Source: PVC group bacterium (ex Bugula neritina AB1)
Lineage (GTDB): Bacteria; GCA-001730085
NCBI GenBank assembly: GCA_001730085.1
Contig: MDLB01000106.1
Location: 12,137-76,136 of the forward strand
Length of the DNA stretch: 64,000 nucleotides
Reading direction: 5' to 3'
Part shown: piece by piece, positions 36,584 to 46,116 of the stretch
How positions within the stretch are numbered: position 1 is the stretch's first letter
Layout of the letters: each line of letters begins with the position of its first letter
Notes under the pieces: model-generated
Databases searched by the model: none
What the model saw: only the letters and a program-made list of their open reading frames with translations
What the model was told of the DNA's origin: nothing
Program-made: the position numbers and the translations under genes

Positions 36584-38134
36584 ATGATAGGGATTATGGA
36601 TAATTATAAAAGAATTGTCATGAACTTGGAGTGTAATGAGGTAAGAGTTGCCGTTTTGGAAAAAAAGCAACTTAAAGAGTTTTATGTTGAGAGAAAAGAA
36701 GAAAAGAGGTATGTTGGCAATATATATAAAGGTAGAGTAGATTCAGTTGTTCCTGGGATTCAGTCGGCCTTTATTGATATAGGTTTAGAAAAAAATGGTT
36801 TTTTGTACGTCACAGATGTTATGGACCCACAGGACCTTAGTGACCTTTCTGATGATGAGGACTTTGACTTAGAAAAATTTAAGTCGACCCGAAAAACGCA
36901 TACGCCTATTGAAGAGATGCTCGCTGTTGGGAATGAAGTTTTAGTTCAAGTTGAGAAAAACCCTATAGGGAATAAGGGTGTACGCTTGACCACATTTGTT
37001 AGCTTGCCTGGAAGATTCACCGTTTTAATGCCCTATGTTAAACACAGGGGTGTTTCACGTCGCATATCTAGTTATGAGGAAAGATCTCGTTTGCGTGAAA
37101 CCATGGAAAATGCTCGGTTTTTAAAAAACTATGGATGTATTGTTCGGACAGCCGCTGAAGACAGAGATAAAAAGCAGATTTTGAGTGATTTTCGTTATTT
37201 AACAAGAACGTGGAATTCTCTATTAAGAGGTATGGAAAAAAAAGATGCTCCATCTCTTTTGCACGAAGAAACAAACTTAGTTATGCGTGTTGTGAGAGAT
37301 TGCTTTGTTGAAAGCATGGATGAAGTTGTGATAGATAATCACGAAGAATATAAAAAAGTTAGATCTTTTCTGGGTTCATATTTGCCGGAAGCTCGAAAAA
37401 AGGTTTTGGAATATAGGAACAAAGAGCCTGTCTTTGAGTTTTATGATATTGAGAGACAAGTTAAAAAGATTTATTCAAGAACAGTTTTATTGCCATGTGG
37501 TGGGTACTTGGTGATTGATGAAACAGAAGCTTTGGTCGCTATCGATATCAATAGCGGAAGAAATGTTGGTCGTGGTGATTTTGAAAAAACCGTTTTGAAG
37601 ACGAACTTGGAAGCCGCCATAGAAATCCCTCGTCAATTACGATTGAGAGATATCGGAGGGATTGTGATCATTGACTTTATTGACATGAAGAGCCGTAAAA
37701 ATCAACAAGAAGTTTGGCATACTTTGTTGAAAGAGGTTCGGAAAGAAAAAAATCGTATCAATATTTCTCCCATTTCTAAAATGGGTTTAGTGGAGATGAC
37801 GAGGCAAAGAAGTGGTAGTGGGGTCTACTCTATGCTCCATGAGCATTGCGAGTCTTGTGAAGGAAGAGGTTATGTTAAAACAGTCGTGAGTTCTTCCTTA
37901 GAGGTGATTAGAAATATCAGACTTGTCTTTTTGAGAACAGACGAGACGCATGTTCTAGTTTTTCTTAATCCTGCTGTAGCTGACAGTTTGCTGTCTCTCT
38001 ACAGGGAATACATCATGAGTATTGAAAAAAAATTCAAGAAGCGTGTTGATATCCGGAAGGATTGGTCTTATAAGCGAGAAGAATGGCATTTCTTTTCAGG
38101 GGAAACTAAGAAAGAGATAGAGCTGTGGAGTTAA
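36584..38134 (+). CDS. rng: Ribonuclease G/E-family endoribonuclease (516 aa)
   Basis: S1 domain GNIYKGRVDSVVPGIQSAFIDIGLEKNGFLYV, DNase-I-like core with ALVAIDINSG, zinc-link CxxCxG. RNase G-like size. Confidence 0.88.
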   Translation: MIGIMDNYKRIVMNLECNEVRVAVLEKKQLKEFYVERKEEKRYVGNIYKGRVDSVVPGIQSAFIDIGLEKNGFLYVTDVMDPQDLSDLSDDEDFDLEKFKSTRKTHTPIEEMLAVGNEVLVQVEKNPIGNKGVRLTTFVSLPGRFTVLMPYVKHRGVSRRISSYEERSRLRETMENARFLKNYGCIVRTAAEDRDKKQILSDFRYLTRTWNSLLRGMEKKDAPSLLHEETNLVMRVVRDCFVESMDEVVIDNHEEYKKVRSFLGSYLPEARKKVLEYRNKEPVFEFYDIERQVKKIYSRTVLLPCGGYLVIDETEALVAIDINSGRNVGRGDFEKTVLKTNLEAAIEIPRQLRLRDIGGIVIIDFIDMKSRKNQQEVWHTLLKEVRKEKNRINISPISKMGLVEMTRQRSGSGVYSMLHEHCESCEGRGYVKTVVSSSLEVIRNIRLVFLRTDETHVLVFLNPAVADSLLSLYREYIMSIEKKFKKRVDIRKDWSYKREEWHFFSGETKKEIELWS

Positions 38135-38173
38135 GAGAAGTTTCTTTTTACATTTTTATAAGGAGGTTTTTTT

Positions 38174-38497
38174 ATGTATGCGATTGTTGATCACAGTGGC
38201 AAGCAACATAAGGTTGTTGAAGGAGAGGTTATCCGTATAGATAAGCTTGATAAAGAACAGGGAGATACTATTGAATTTGATAAAGTTTTATATCTCTCTA
38301 AGGGTGAAGTTCCGCAGGTCGGAAGCCCTTATATTGGGAATGCTAAAGTTTTTGGTGAGGTGCTTGGTGATATTCGAGATAAAAAAGTTATTGCTTTCAC
38401 TTACCGTAGACGTAAGAGCTCTAGCCGAAAAGTTGGTCACCGTCAAACCTATTCATGTGTAAAGATTAAAGAGATCAAAATTTCTAAGGAGGATTGA
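38174..38497 (+). CDS. rplU: 50S ribosomal protein L21
   Basis: MYAIVDHSGKQHKVVEGE N-terminus; canonical rplU-rpmA-obg order. Confidence 0.95.
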   Translation: MYAIVDHSGKQHKVVEGEVIRIDKLDKEQGDTIEFDKVLYLSKGEVPQVGSPYIGNAKVFGEVLGDIRDKKVIAFTYRRRKSSSRKVGHRQTYSCVKIKEIKISKED

Positions 38498-38500
38498 TCA

Positions 38501-38761
38501 ATGGCTCATAAAAAAGGTCAGGGTAGTGTTAAAAATGGTAGAGATAGTCGAAGTCAACGATTAGGTGTTAAAAAGTTTGGGGGACAAATTGTTCGAGCCG
38601 GGAATATCCTAATAAGGCAAAGAGGAACAAGTGTTCACCCTGGTAAAAATGTTGGTAAAGGTAAAGATGATACATTGTTCGCTCTTATTGACGGAGTTGT
38701 TCGGTTTGAATATAGCCGAGGAGGTCGTAAGAGTGTGAGCGTTTTTACTGCCACAGCTTGA
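38501..38761 (+). CDS. rpmA: 50S ribosomal protein L27
   Basis: [29 protein letters not shown]. Confidence 0.97.
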   Translation: MAHKKGQGSVKNGRDSRSQRLGVKKFGGQIVRAGNILIRQRGTSVHPGKNVGKGKDDTLFALIDGVVRFEYSRGGRKSVSVFTATA

Positions 38762-38779
38762 TACGATATATCTTAATAT

Positions 38780-39784
38780 ATGAAATTTGTAGATCAAGCC
38801 GTTATACGCGTTAAATCAGGTAAGGGAGGTTCAGGTTGCTGTAGTTTTCGAAGAGAAAAGTACGAGGCAAAAGGAGGTCCCAATGGTGGCGATGGTGGTC
38901 GAGGAGGTGATGTTATCTTTGAGACCAGTACTCATATGTCAACCTTGCTTGACTTTCAAATGAAACGTGAGCATTTTGCTAAGTCTGGATATCCTGGAGA
39001 AGGTAGTCTTCGCAAAGGTAAGCGTGGAGCTGATATTGTTTTGAAGGTTCCAGTTGGCACGATGATCTATGATAACCAGACAGGTCTTTTAATGGCTGAT
39101 ATGGTGAATGTGGGTGATGTTTTTTGTGCCGCCAAAGGAGGTCGTGGAGGTTGGGGCAATGCTCGATTTAAAACTTCTGTTACTCGATCCCCAAGACACT
39201 TCGATAAAGGTCTTCCTGCGCAGGAACATGAACTTCGTTTAGAACTAAAAGTTTTGGCAGATGTTGGTCTTGTTGGGTTACCTAATGCTGGAAAATCAAC
39301 TCTTATTAGTCGCTTTTCTGCAGCAAGACCAAAGGTTGCTAATTACCCCTTTACGACACTTCAACCTGTTTTAGGTGTTGTTGATCTTGGATATGGCGAT
39401 TCTTACGTTATGGCGGATATTCCTGGTCTTATTGAAGGTGCACATACCGGAGCAGGCTACGGGGATGACTTTTTGAGACACGTTGAAAGGTGTCGTCTCC
39501 TGATTTTAATAATAGATGTTGCTGATATGAGTGCCGTTCCTTTAGACTCTTACCGTATTTTAAAAAAAGAAATGAAAGCCTACTCACCTGACTTGGTAAA
39601 TAAAAAGACCATATGTGTTTTAAATAAGGTCGAGGTTTTAACAGACGATAACCTTTCAAAACTCTTCCGAGAAGAGGTCGAGGAAGATGTTTTTGAGATT
39701 TCTGCGGTTACAGGTCAAGGTCTTGATGCTTTAAAAAAGAATATTATTTATCATTTGCGAGGCTCTTCGAACGATGACTTGTGA
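38780..39784 (+). CDS. obg: GTPase Obg/CgtA
   Basis: MKFVDQA, Gly-rich Obg fold (GGPNGGDGGRGGDV), G1 motif GLPNAGKST. Confidence 0.95.
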   Translation: MKFVDQAVIRVKSGKGGSGCCSFRREKYEAKGGPNGGDGGRGGDVIFETSTHMSTLLDFQMKREHFAKSGYPGEGSLRKGKRGADIVLKVPVGTMIYDNQTGLLMADMVNVGDVFCAAKGGRGGWGNARFKTSVTRSPRHFDKGLPAQEHELRLELKVLADVGLVGLPNAGKSTLISRFSAARPKVANYPFTTLQPVLGVVDLGYGDSYVMADIPGLIEGAHTGAGYGDDFLRHVERCRLLILIIDVADMSAVPLDSYRILKKEMKAYSPDLVNKKTICVLNKVEVLTDDNLSKLFREEVEEDVFEISAVTGQGLDALKKNIIYHLRGSSNDDL

Positions 39785-40880
39785 TTTTCACGGACAAAAA
39801 ATTGCTCGTGTGGTTGTTAAAGTCGGGTCAAGTTTGCTCATTCGTAACGGGAAAGTTGATCGAGTTTGGATGAGAAATTTTGTAAAACAGGTTGTTGCCT
39901 TAAGACAAAGAGGTCTTGAAGTCGTTGTTGTCTCTTCTGGAGCCATTGGTTATGGTGCTCAGCTTCTAAATAAGGATCGCGCTCAATTAACTTTGCCAGA
40001 ACATCAAGCTGCCGCAGCTGTTGGTCAAGCGCATTTGATGCGTGCTTATGATTATACTTTTAGACGATATGGGGTGATTTCTGCCCAGATTCTTTTTACC
40101 CGTGAAAATTTTGATCAAAGGTTGCGTTACTGGCATGCGAGTAATACATTGAGCACGCTGTTAAAGGAAGGTACTGTGCCTATTGTGAATGAGAATGATA
40201 CTGTTTCTGTTGATGAAATCCGTGTAGGGGATAACGATACATTGGCAGCTTTAATGACTCATTTGACGAGAGCTAATCTTTTGGTTGTTTTGACAGAAGT
40301 CGATGGTTTGTATGATTATGATCTTAATGAAAAGATTGATATCGTTCCGGATATTAACCAAAAAGTTTTAAATTTGATTCGTCCAGAAAAAACATCTTTA
40401 GGAACGGGCGGAATGGGAACGAAAGTCGCTGCAGCTAAAATGGTTACACAGTCGGGAGAGAGTGCTGTTATTGCTGGGGGAAGAATTCCTAATGTTTTGG
40501 ATCGTTTGTTTAAAAGTGAAACGGTGGGGACTTATTTTCCTCCAAACTTACGCAGGATGTCCAGTAAAAAAATATGGATAGCTTTTGCAGGAGCTTCTAG
40601 AGGTCGCATTTATGTAGATAAAGGGGCTTCTGAGTCTTTGAAGAAAAAGGGGAGCAGTCTTTTATCTTCTGGGGTTCTTTCTGTGGAAGGGGACTTTGAG
40701 CCTGGAGATTTGATTGATGTTCTTGTGGGAAAAAATCTTGTTGCGCGTGGGTTGACAAATTTTAGTGCTGGCAATATTGATAAAATCAAAGGGTTTAAAG
40801 CTTCTGAGATAAAAAAAATTCTGGGAAAAAAAACTTATGAAGAGGTCGTAAATCGGGATAATTTAGCTTTGGTTTCTTAA
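39774..40880 (+). CDS. proB: Glutamate 5-kinase with PUA domain
   Basis: VVKVGSSLL N-terminus, NENDTVSVDEIRVGDNDTLAA, C-terminal PUA-like region. 11-nt overlap with obg. Confidence 0.92.
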   Translation: MTCDFHGQKIARVVVKVGSSLLIRNGKVDRVWMRNFVKQVVALRQRGLEVVVVSSGAIGYGAQLLNKDRAQLTLPEHQAAAAVGQAHLMRAYDYTFRRYGVISAQILFTRENFDQRLRYWHASNTLSTLLKEGTVPIVNENDTVSVDEIRVGDNDTLAALMTHLTRANLLVVLTEVDGLYDYDLNEKIDIVPDINQKVLNLIRPEKTSLGTGGMGTKVAAAKMVTQSGESAVIAGGRIPNVLDRLFKSETVGTYFPPNLRRMSSKKIWIAFAGASRGRIYVDKGASESLKKKGSSLLSSGVLSVEGDFEPGDLIDVLVGKNLVARGLTNFSAGNIDKIKGFKASEIKKILGKKTYEEVVNRDNLALVS

Positions 40881-41024
40881 AGAGGGGCTAGAGTTTTTAA
40901 AAGTGATCCGAAAAAGATTTTGAGTCACTTGATAAGAGGATCGAAGTTTTTTTGAATATTCCCAAGTGATATAAAACGCGAAGATTTTATGACGATTTGA
41001 AAAATAAAGATAGGATTAAAAAAT

Positions 41025-42284
41025 ATGGACTATCTAGATGTTGTTGAACAGGTACAAAAAGCTAAGTTGCTTTCTAAAAAGCTTGCTATTCTTGATGAAA
41101 ACAAGAAAAATCAACTTCTTGAATATATGTCTCAACAGTTAGAGCAAGACTGTGAGAAGATAAATGCTGCCAACAAGAAAGATGTAGATAAAGCGAAAAA
41201 GGAAGGTCTTTCCGGTGCAATGATAGACCGTTTAACTTTGGATAAAAATAGAATTTTAGACATGGTTGAAGGGGTGAGAAAAGTAGCTTTATTGGAAGAC
41301 CCTGTAAAAAAAACTTTAAAGACATATCGATCCAAAAATGGATTATTGATTAAAAAAGTGAGTACACCGATAGGTGTGATTGGTATGATTTATGAGTCTC
41401 GACCTAACGTGACAAGTGATGTCGCTGCACTTTGTATTAAATCTGGAAATGTGGTTATTTTAAAAGGCGGGAAAGAGGCTTTTTTTTCCAATCAAGCAAT
41501 TGTTAAATCTCTACACTTGGCTTTAAAGAGAGCGGATGTGGAGTCAGGGTATATCCAAATGATTGAACACACGCACAGAGATGTTGTGGATGTTATGTTG
41601 AAACAGGTTGATTCAATCGATTTGATTGTTCCGAGAGGAGGAACATCCTTGATCCAAAAAGTTGTGAAAACATCTTTGATCCCTATTCTGAAGCATGATA
41701 AGGGGCTATGTCATATTTATATTGATGATTCCGCGAAGCTAGATGATGCTAGGGATATCACTATTAACGCTAAGTGTCAAAGGCCTGGGGTTTGTAATGC
41801 ATTAGAAACATTGTTGGTCAGTGAAAAAATCGAAGCTTCTTTTTTGAAAGACCTAGTTAGGGATTTGCAAAAAAAATCTGTGCAAATCCGTGCGTGTCAA
41901 AAAACTTTAGATCTTCTTCAAGATGAATCTCTTTTTGAGGCTTTTGAAGAGGATTGGGAAACGGAGTACCTTGACCTTATTCTTTCGATAAAAATCGTTG
42001 AGAATTGTGATGAGGCTATTTCTCATATCAATAAATATGGTTCGGGGCACTCAGATGCGATTATCACAGAAAGCTCTGTGAATGCTGAAAAATTTTTATC
42101 AGAGGTTGACTCTTCAACAGTTTATCACAATGCTTCAACTCGCTTTACAGATGGGGAAGCTTTTGGTATGGGAGCCGAAATAGGTATAAGTACAAATAAG
42201 TTACATGCAAGAGGACCCGTTGGTTTGGAAGAGTTGACAAGTTATAAGTACGTTGTTCATGGTGATGGACAGGTGCGTGAATAA
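41025..42284 (+). CDS. proA: Gamma-glutamyl phosphate reductase
   Basis: ALDH-fold, IYESRPNVT, catalytic CNALETLLV. Follows proB. Confidence 0.92.
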   Translation: MDYLDVVEQVQKAKLLSKKLAILDENKKNQLLEYMSQQLEQDCEKINAANKKDVDKAKKEGLSGAMIDRLTLDKNRILDMVEGVRKVALLEDPVKKTLKTYRSKNGLLIKKVSTPIGVIGMIYESRPNVTSDVAALCIKSGNVVILKGGKEAFFSNQAIVKSLHLALKRADVESGYIQMIEHTHRDVVDVMLKQVDSIDLIVPRGGTSLIQKVVKTSLIPILKHDKGLCHIYIDDSAKLDDARDITINAKCQRPGVCNALETLLVSEKIEASFLKDLVRDLQKKSVQIRACQKTLDLLQDESLFEAFEEDWETEYLDLILSIKIVENCDEAISHINKYGSGHSDAIITESSVNAEKFLSEVDSSTVYHNASTRFTDGEAFGMGAEIGISTNKLHARGPVGLEELTSYKYVVHGDGQVRE

Positions 42285-42888
42285 GAAGAAGCGCTTTGGG
42301 ATTTTAGGAGGGACGTTTGACCCTTTTCATTTTGGACATTGGCGGATGGCAGAAGAAAGTGTTAGTCAAATGAACTTGGATAAGGTTTTCTTTGTTCCTG
42401 CCTTTGTTTCGCCCCATAAAAGTGCTCAGGCCGAAGCTTCTGGGGATTTACGTTTGGAGCTTTTAAAGGAAGTGGTTCAAGAGAATGATAAGTGGGAGTG
42501 TAGTGATTGGGAAATAAGGAAACTTTCAAAATCTTATAGTATTGATACCGTTAAATTTTTTTGTGAGAAGTACCCTTTTGCGGATTTTTTTTGGATAATG
42601 GGGTATGATCAATGGGAACAATTTTATAAGTGGAAAGCTTGGCGTGATATTTTAAAACATGTCGGGTTGATTGTTTGCTCGCGAGAGGGCTATGAAAATG
42701 TTTATGATCCTTCTAAAGTAGGCTTAGATAAAGTTCACTGGTTAAAAAATGTGAAAGAAAAAATCGCTTCGTCGGAGCTTAGGGCTGATTTAGCAAAAGG
42801 GCGTTCTATTGAAAAAAAAGTGCCACGTTTCGTGATGACGTGGATCAAGGAAAATCGACTTTATGGATATACAAATAACGACAGATAA
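42265..42888 (+). CDS. nadD: Nicotinate-nucleotide adenylyltransferase
   Basis: GILGGTFDPFHFGH motif. Start ambiguous: ATG 42265 or GTG 42277, both overlap the proA 3' end. Confidence 0.88.
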   Translation: MDRCVNKKKRFGILGGTFDPFHFGHWRMAEESVSQMNLDKVFFVPAFVSPHKSAQAEASGDLRLELLKEVVQENDKWECSDWEIRKLSKSYSIDTVKFFCEKYPFADFFWIMGYDQWEQFYKWKAWRDILKHVGLIVCSREGYENVYDPSKVGLDKVHWLKNVKEKIASSELRADLAKGRSIEKKVPRFVMTWIKENRLYGYTNNDR

Positions 42889-43234
42889 GTGTTTAAATAT
42901 TTTAGATGAAATGAAAGCCAAGGATACGGTTGTTTTAGATGTCCAAGGTAAAATGGATTTTTGTGATCGCTTGATCATATCGACAGCGAATAATCCGAGA
43001 CATTTATTTGCGATAGTTAATGCTCTTATAGATGCCTTTACTTTGATCAAAAGGAAGGCCGTTCATAAAGATGGCGATGGACAAAGTGGCTGGATGGTTA
43101 CAGACTTTGGAGACGTTGTTGTTCATGTTTTTTTAGAGCATGTTCGCCATAAATATGATTTAGAATCTTTGTGGACAACAGAGTATGAGGATCTTCTTAA
43201 AATGCTTTCTAAAGAAGCTGAGGGAGATGTTTAA
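42863..43234 (+). CDS. rsfS: Ribosomal silencing factor RsfS
   Basis: VVHVFLEHVRHKYDLESLW motif. nadD-rsfS order is canonical. Confidence 0.9.
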   Translation: MDIQITTDKCLNILDEMKAKDTVVLDVQGKMDFCDRLIISTANNPRHLFAIVNALIDAFTLIKRKAVHKDGDGQSGWMVTDFGDVVVHVFLEHVRHKYDLESLWTTEYEDLLKMLSKEAEGDV

Positions 43235-44937
43235 TGATAAAGTTGAGAGTGATTTCTATTGTCAAAAAAGCTTTGCTTAGAACTATTGAAGCCTTAAAAA
43301 AAGATGGGGATGAGGAAGCTTTGCTTCTTTTGAATGACCTTGGAACTATTGATATCTCTTTAGAGGTCCCAAAAGATGATAAACATGGGGATTTTGCAAC
43401 AAACTTGGCAATGCTTGTGGCTAAGAAAATAAAAGTTAGACCTCATGATATAGCAAAAAACTTAATCACACAGGTTTTGGATATTAATAAAAAAGAAGAG
43501 CTTATCGAAAAAGTCGAAATTGCTGGGCCTGGATTTATAAACTTTTTTATTTTTAAAAAAGTTTATAAAGATGAAATGTTTCGTATTTTGACAAAAAAAG
43601 AAGACTATGGGAAGTCAGATATTGGTAGCGAGAAAAAAGTTCGCATTGAGTTTGTTAGTGCTAACCCCACGGGTCCTCTGCATGTAGGTCATGGACGAGG
43701 AGCAGTTATAGGAGATGTTTTATCTTCTATTTTTACATTTGCTGGATATGATGTTGTCCGTGAGTACTATTTGAATGATCGTGGTAACCAGATGAATATT
43801 TTGGGACGAACAGCACGAGAGTGGAAAAAAGCTTTGGGGCAAGGAGAGAAACCTGCTTTTTTAACAAAAAGTTCAGAGGGTGAGTCTTGGTATAAAGGGG
43901 CTTACATGGAAGATGTTTCACAAGGTATTCAAACAAATCTTGAAGAAGAGGACTTCCATTGGGGGCTTGCTGCTGCGGATGTGATTTTGGAAAAAATCAA
44001 AAATGATCTTGCGTATTTTGGTGTTAAACCTTTTGATGCGTGGTTGAGCGAAAGACATTTATATGACTCAGGTGATGTTGCAGAAGTGGTAGATACTCTC
44101 CGAAAAAAAGGATTGATTATAAAGAAAGAAGGTGCAGAGTGGTTTTTATCTTCCGAAATGGGAGATGATGCGGACCGTGTTTTGAAAAAAAGCAATGGTG
44201 AGTGGACCTATCTGACGGCAGATATCGCCCTCCATGATTTTAAGTTTCAAACGGGATGTGATCAAGTTATTGATATTTGGGGAGCTGATCACCACGGATA
44301 TATAGCCCGTGTCAAAGGAGCGGTTCAAGCTCTTGGACATGACCCTAAACAAATGAGTGTTATTTTATGTCAGCTGGTTAGGCTTATGCGTTCTGGTGAG
44401 CCTGTTCCTATGTCAACACGTTCGGGTGAATTTATCGAGTTGAGAACAATCATAGAGGAAGTGGGTAAAGATGTTGCTAGATTTTTCTTTTTGATGAGAA
44501 AAGTTGATGCACATTTGGATTTTGATTTGGACGTAGCTAAAAAGCAGTCAATGGATAATCCTGTTTACTATATTCAGTACGCACATGCTAGGATTTGTAA
44601 TATTGAGAGTGTTTTTGATGAAGAAGGCTTGACTCAGAGCTCTTTGAAAGATATCCTCTTAGAGGAGCTATCTTGTAAGGAAGAGGTTTTTCTAATGAAA
44701 AAGTTGTCTCGTTTTCAAGAAGTCATTGAAATCTGTGTGATTTCACAAGAGCCTTACTATCTAACTGTTTACCTGCGAGAGGTTGCAGCTTCATTTCACT
44801 CTTTTTATAGAAAGTGTCGTGTTATTACCAGTGATAGTGAGAAAACACAGGCTAGGTTCGCTCTTGCTCGTGCCACGAAACATGTTTTGAAAAATGGCTT
44901 GGAGATTTTAGGTTTATCAGCTCCATTGAAAATGTAA
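43234..44937 (+). CDS. argS: Arginine--tRNA ligase
   Basis: SANPTGPLHVGHGRG (HIGH) and a C-terminal DALR anticodon-binding domain. TAATG overlap with rsfS. Confidence 0.93.
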   Translation: MIKLRVISIVKKALLRTIEALKKDGDEEALLLLNDLGTIDISLEVPKDDKHGDFATNLAMLVAKKIKVRPHDIAKNLITQVLDINKKEELIEKVEIAGPGFINFFIFKKVYKDEMFRILTKKEDYGKSDIGSEKKVRIEFVSANPTGPLHVGHGRGAVIGDVLSSIFTFAGYDVVREYYLNDRGNQMNILGRTAREWKKALGQGEKPAFLTKSSEGESWYKGAYMEDVSQGIQTNLEEEDFHWGLAAADVILEKIKNDLAYFGVKPFDAWLSERHLYDSGDVAEVVDTLRKKGLIIKKEGAEWFLSSEMGDDADRVLKKSNGEWTYLTADIALHDFKFQTGCDQVIDIWGADHHGYIARVKGAVQALGHDPKQMSVILCQLVRLMRSGEPVPMSTRSGEFIELRTIIEEVGKDVARFFFLMRKVDAHLDFDLDVAKKQSMDNPVYYIQYAHARICNIESVFDEEGLTQSSLKDILLEELSCKEEVFLMKKLSRFQEVIEICVISQEPYYLTVYLREVAASFHSFYRKCRVITSDSEKTQARFALARATKHVLKNGLEILGLSAPLKM

Positions 44938-44961
44938 AATCTATAATGAGGAGATGAGGCG

Positions 44962-46023
44962 ATGGATGTTAATATTATATGTACGATGGGGCCAGCTTCG
45001 GAGCATATCAAAGTTTTAAGAAAAATGGCTGAAGAAGGGATGAATCTTGTTCGCTTGAACTTTTCCCATGGAACACATGAAGATCATGCTAAGTTTATTA
45101 GCACTATCGAGGCCCTTAAAGGTGAGGGTTATGATCTAAAAATCCTTCTTGACTTAGAAGGGTATCAAATACGGATAGGGAACTTAGAGGCCCATGGAGG
45201 CGGAGTTCAACTTAATGAGGGCATGCGTGTTTTTTTAGCGCGAGATCCTAAAGAGGTTTCAACAGATAAGCTTGTTATCCCTTTAGAGTATGCGAGTTCT
45301 TTTCTTGATATTGTGCCTAATGTTGATATTTATATTGATGATGGTCAAATCCTTCTCCAGTGTATAGAGTCTAAAGAAAACTATATAAAAGCGAAGGTTA
45401 TTGCTCCTGGTTTTCTAAAACAAAATAAGGGAGTTAATATTCCTGAGATCAAACTTAAATTTGATGTTTTTACTCCCAAAGACCGTCGTGATATATTGTT
45501 TGGCATAGCGCATAAAGTGGACTATATTGCACAGTCATTTGTTCGTCACTCTGAAGATGTTAATCTTGTGAAGCAATATATAAAAGACAAGAGCTATGAT
45601 TGTAAGGTTATCGCAAAAATAGAAAACCGAGAAGGCATTGATAATATTGAAGAAATTATTGAAGCTTCCGATGGTATTATGATTGCGAGAGGGGACATGG
45701 GGGTGTCTATCCCTTTGTTTCAGGTTCCTATTATTCAAAAAATAATAACTTTAAAGTGTAACCATTCAAATAAAATGGTTATAACTGCAACTCAGATGTT
45801 GGAAAGTATGACATATAATGCTCGTCCTACACGTGCTGAGGTGACAGATGTTGCTAATGCTGTTCTAGACGGAAGTAACAGTGTGATGTTGTCGGGTGAA
45901 ACAGCTATTGGTGCTCACCCTGTCTCAGCTGTTAAGATGATGAGAAGTGTTATTTCGTACACACTTGATGAACGTAAAAGTTTGAATGACTTAGAGCAGT
46001 CACTTTCTGATTTGAAAGAATGA
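44962..46023 (+). CDS. pyk: Pyruvate kinase, A+B domains only (353 aa, no C-terminal allosteric domain)
   Basis: ICTMGPAS, NFSHG, KIENREG, MIARGDMG, TATQMLESM and MLSGETA motifs are all present. The ORF stops ~25 aa after MLSGETA...VKMM, and the next gene begins 93 nt later. Confidence 0.8.
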   Translation: MDVNIICTMGPASEHIKVLRKMAEEGMNLVRLNFSHGTHEDHAKFISTIEALKGEGYDLKILLDLEGYQIRIGNLEAHGGGVQLNEGMRVFLARDPKEVSTDKLVIPLEYASSFLDIVPNVDIYIDDGQILLQCIESKENYIKAKVIAPGFLKQNKGVNIPEIKLKFDVFTPKDRRDILFGIAHKVDYIAQSFVRHSEDVNLVKQYIKDKSYDCKVIAKIENREGIDNIEEIIEASDGIMIARGDMGVSIPLFQVPIIQKIITLKCNHSNKMVITATQMLESMTYNARPTRAEVTDVANAVLDGSNSVMLSGETAIGAHPVSAVKMMRSVISYTLDERKSLNDLEQSLSDLKE

Positions 46024-46116
46024 TTTAAGGTCACTTTTAAATATTTTATATTACTTCGAATATGAGATAAGTCAGGAAGGTTTGAATTCAAAAAACATAT
46101 AACTTGAGGGGAAATT

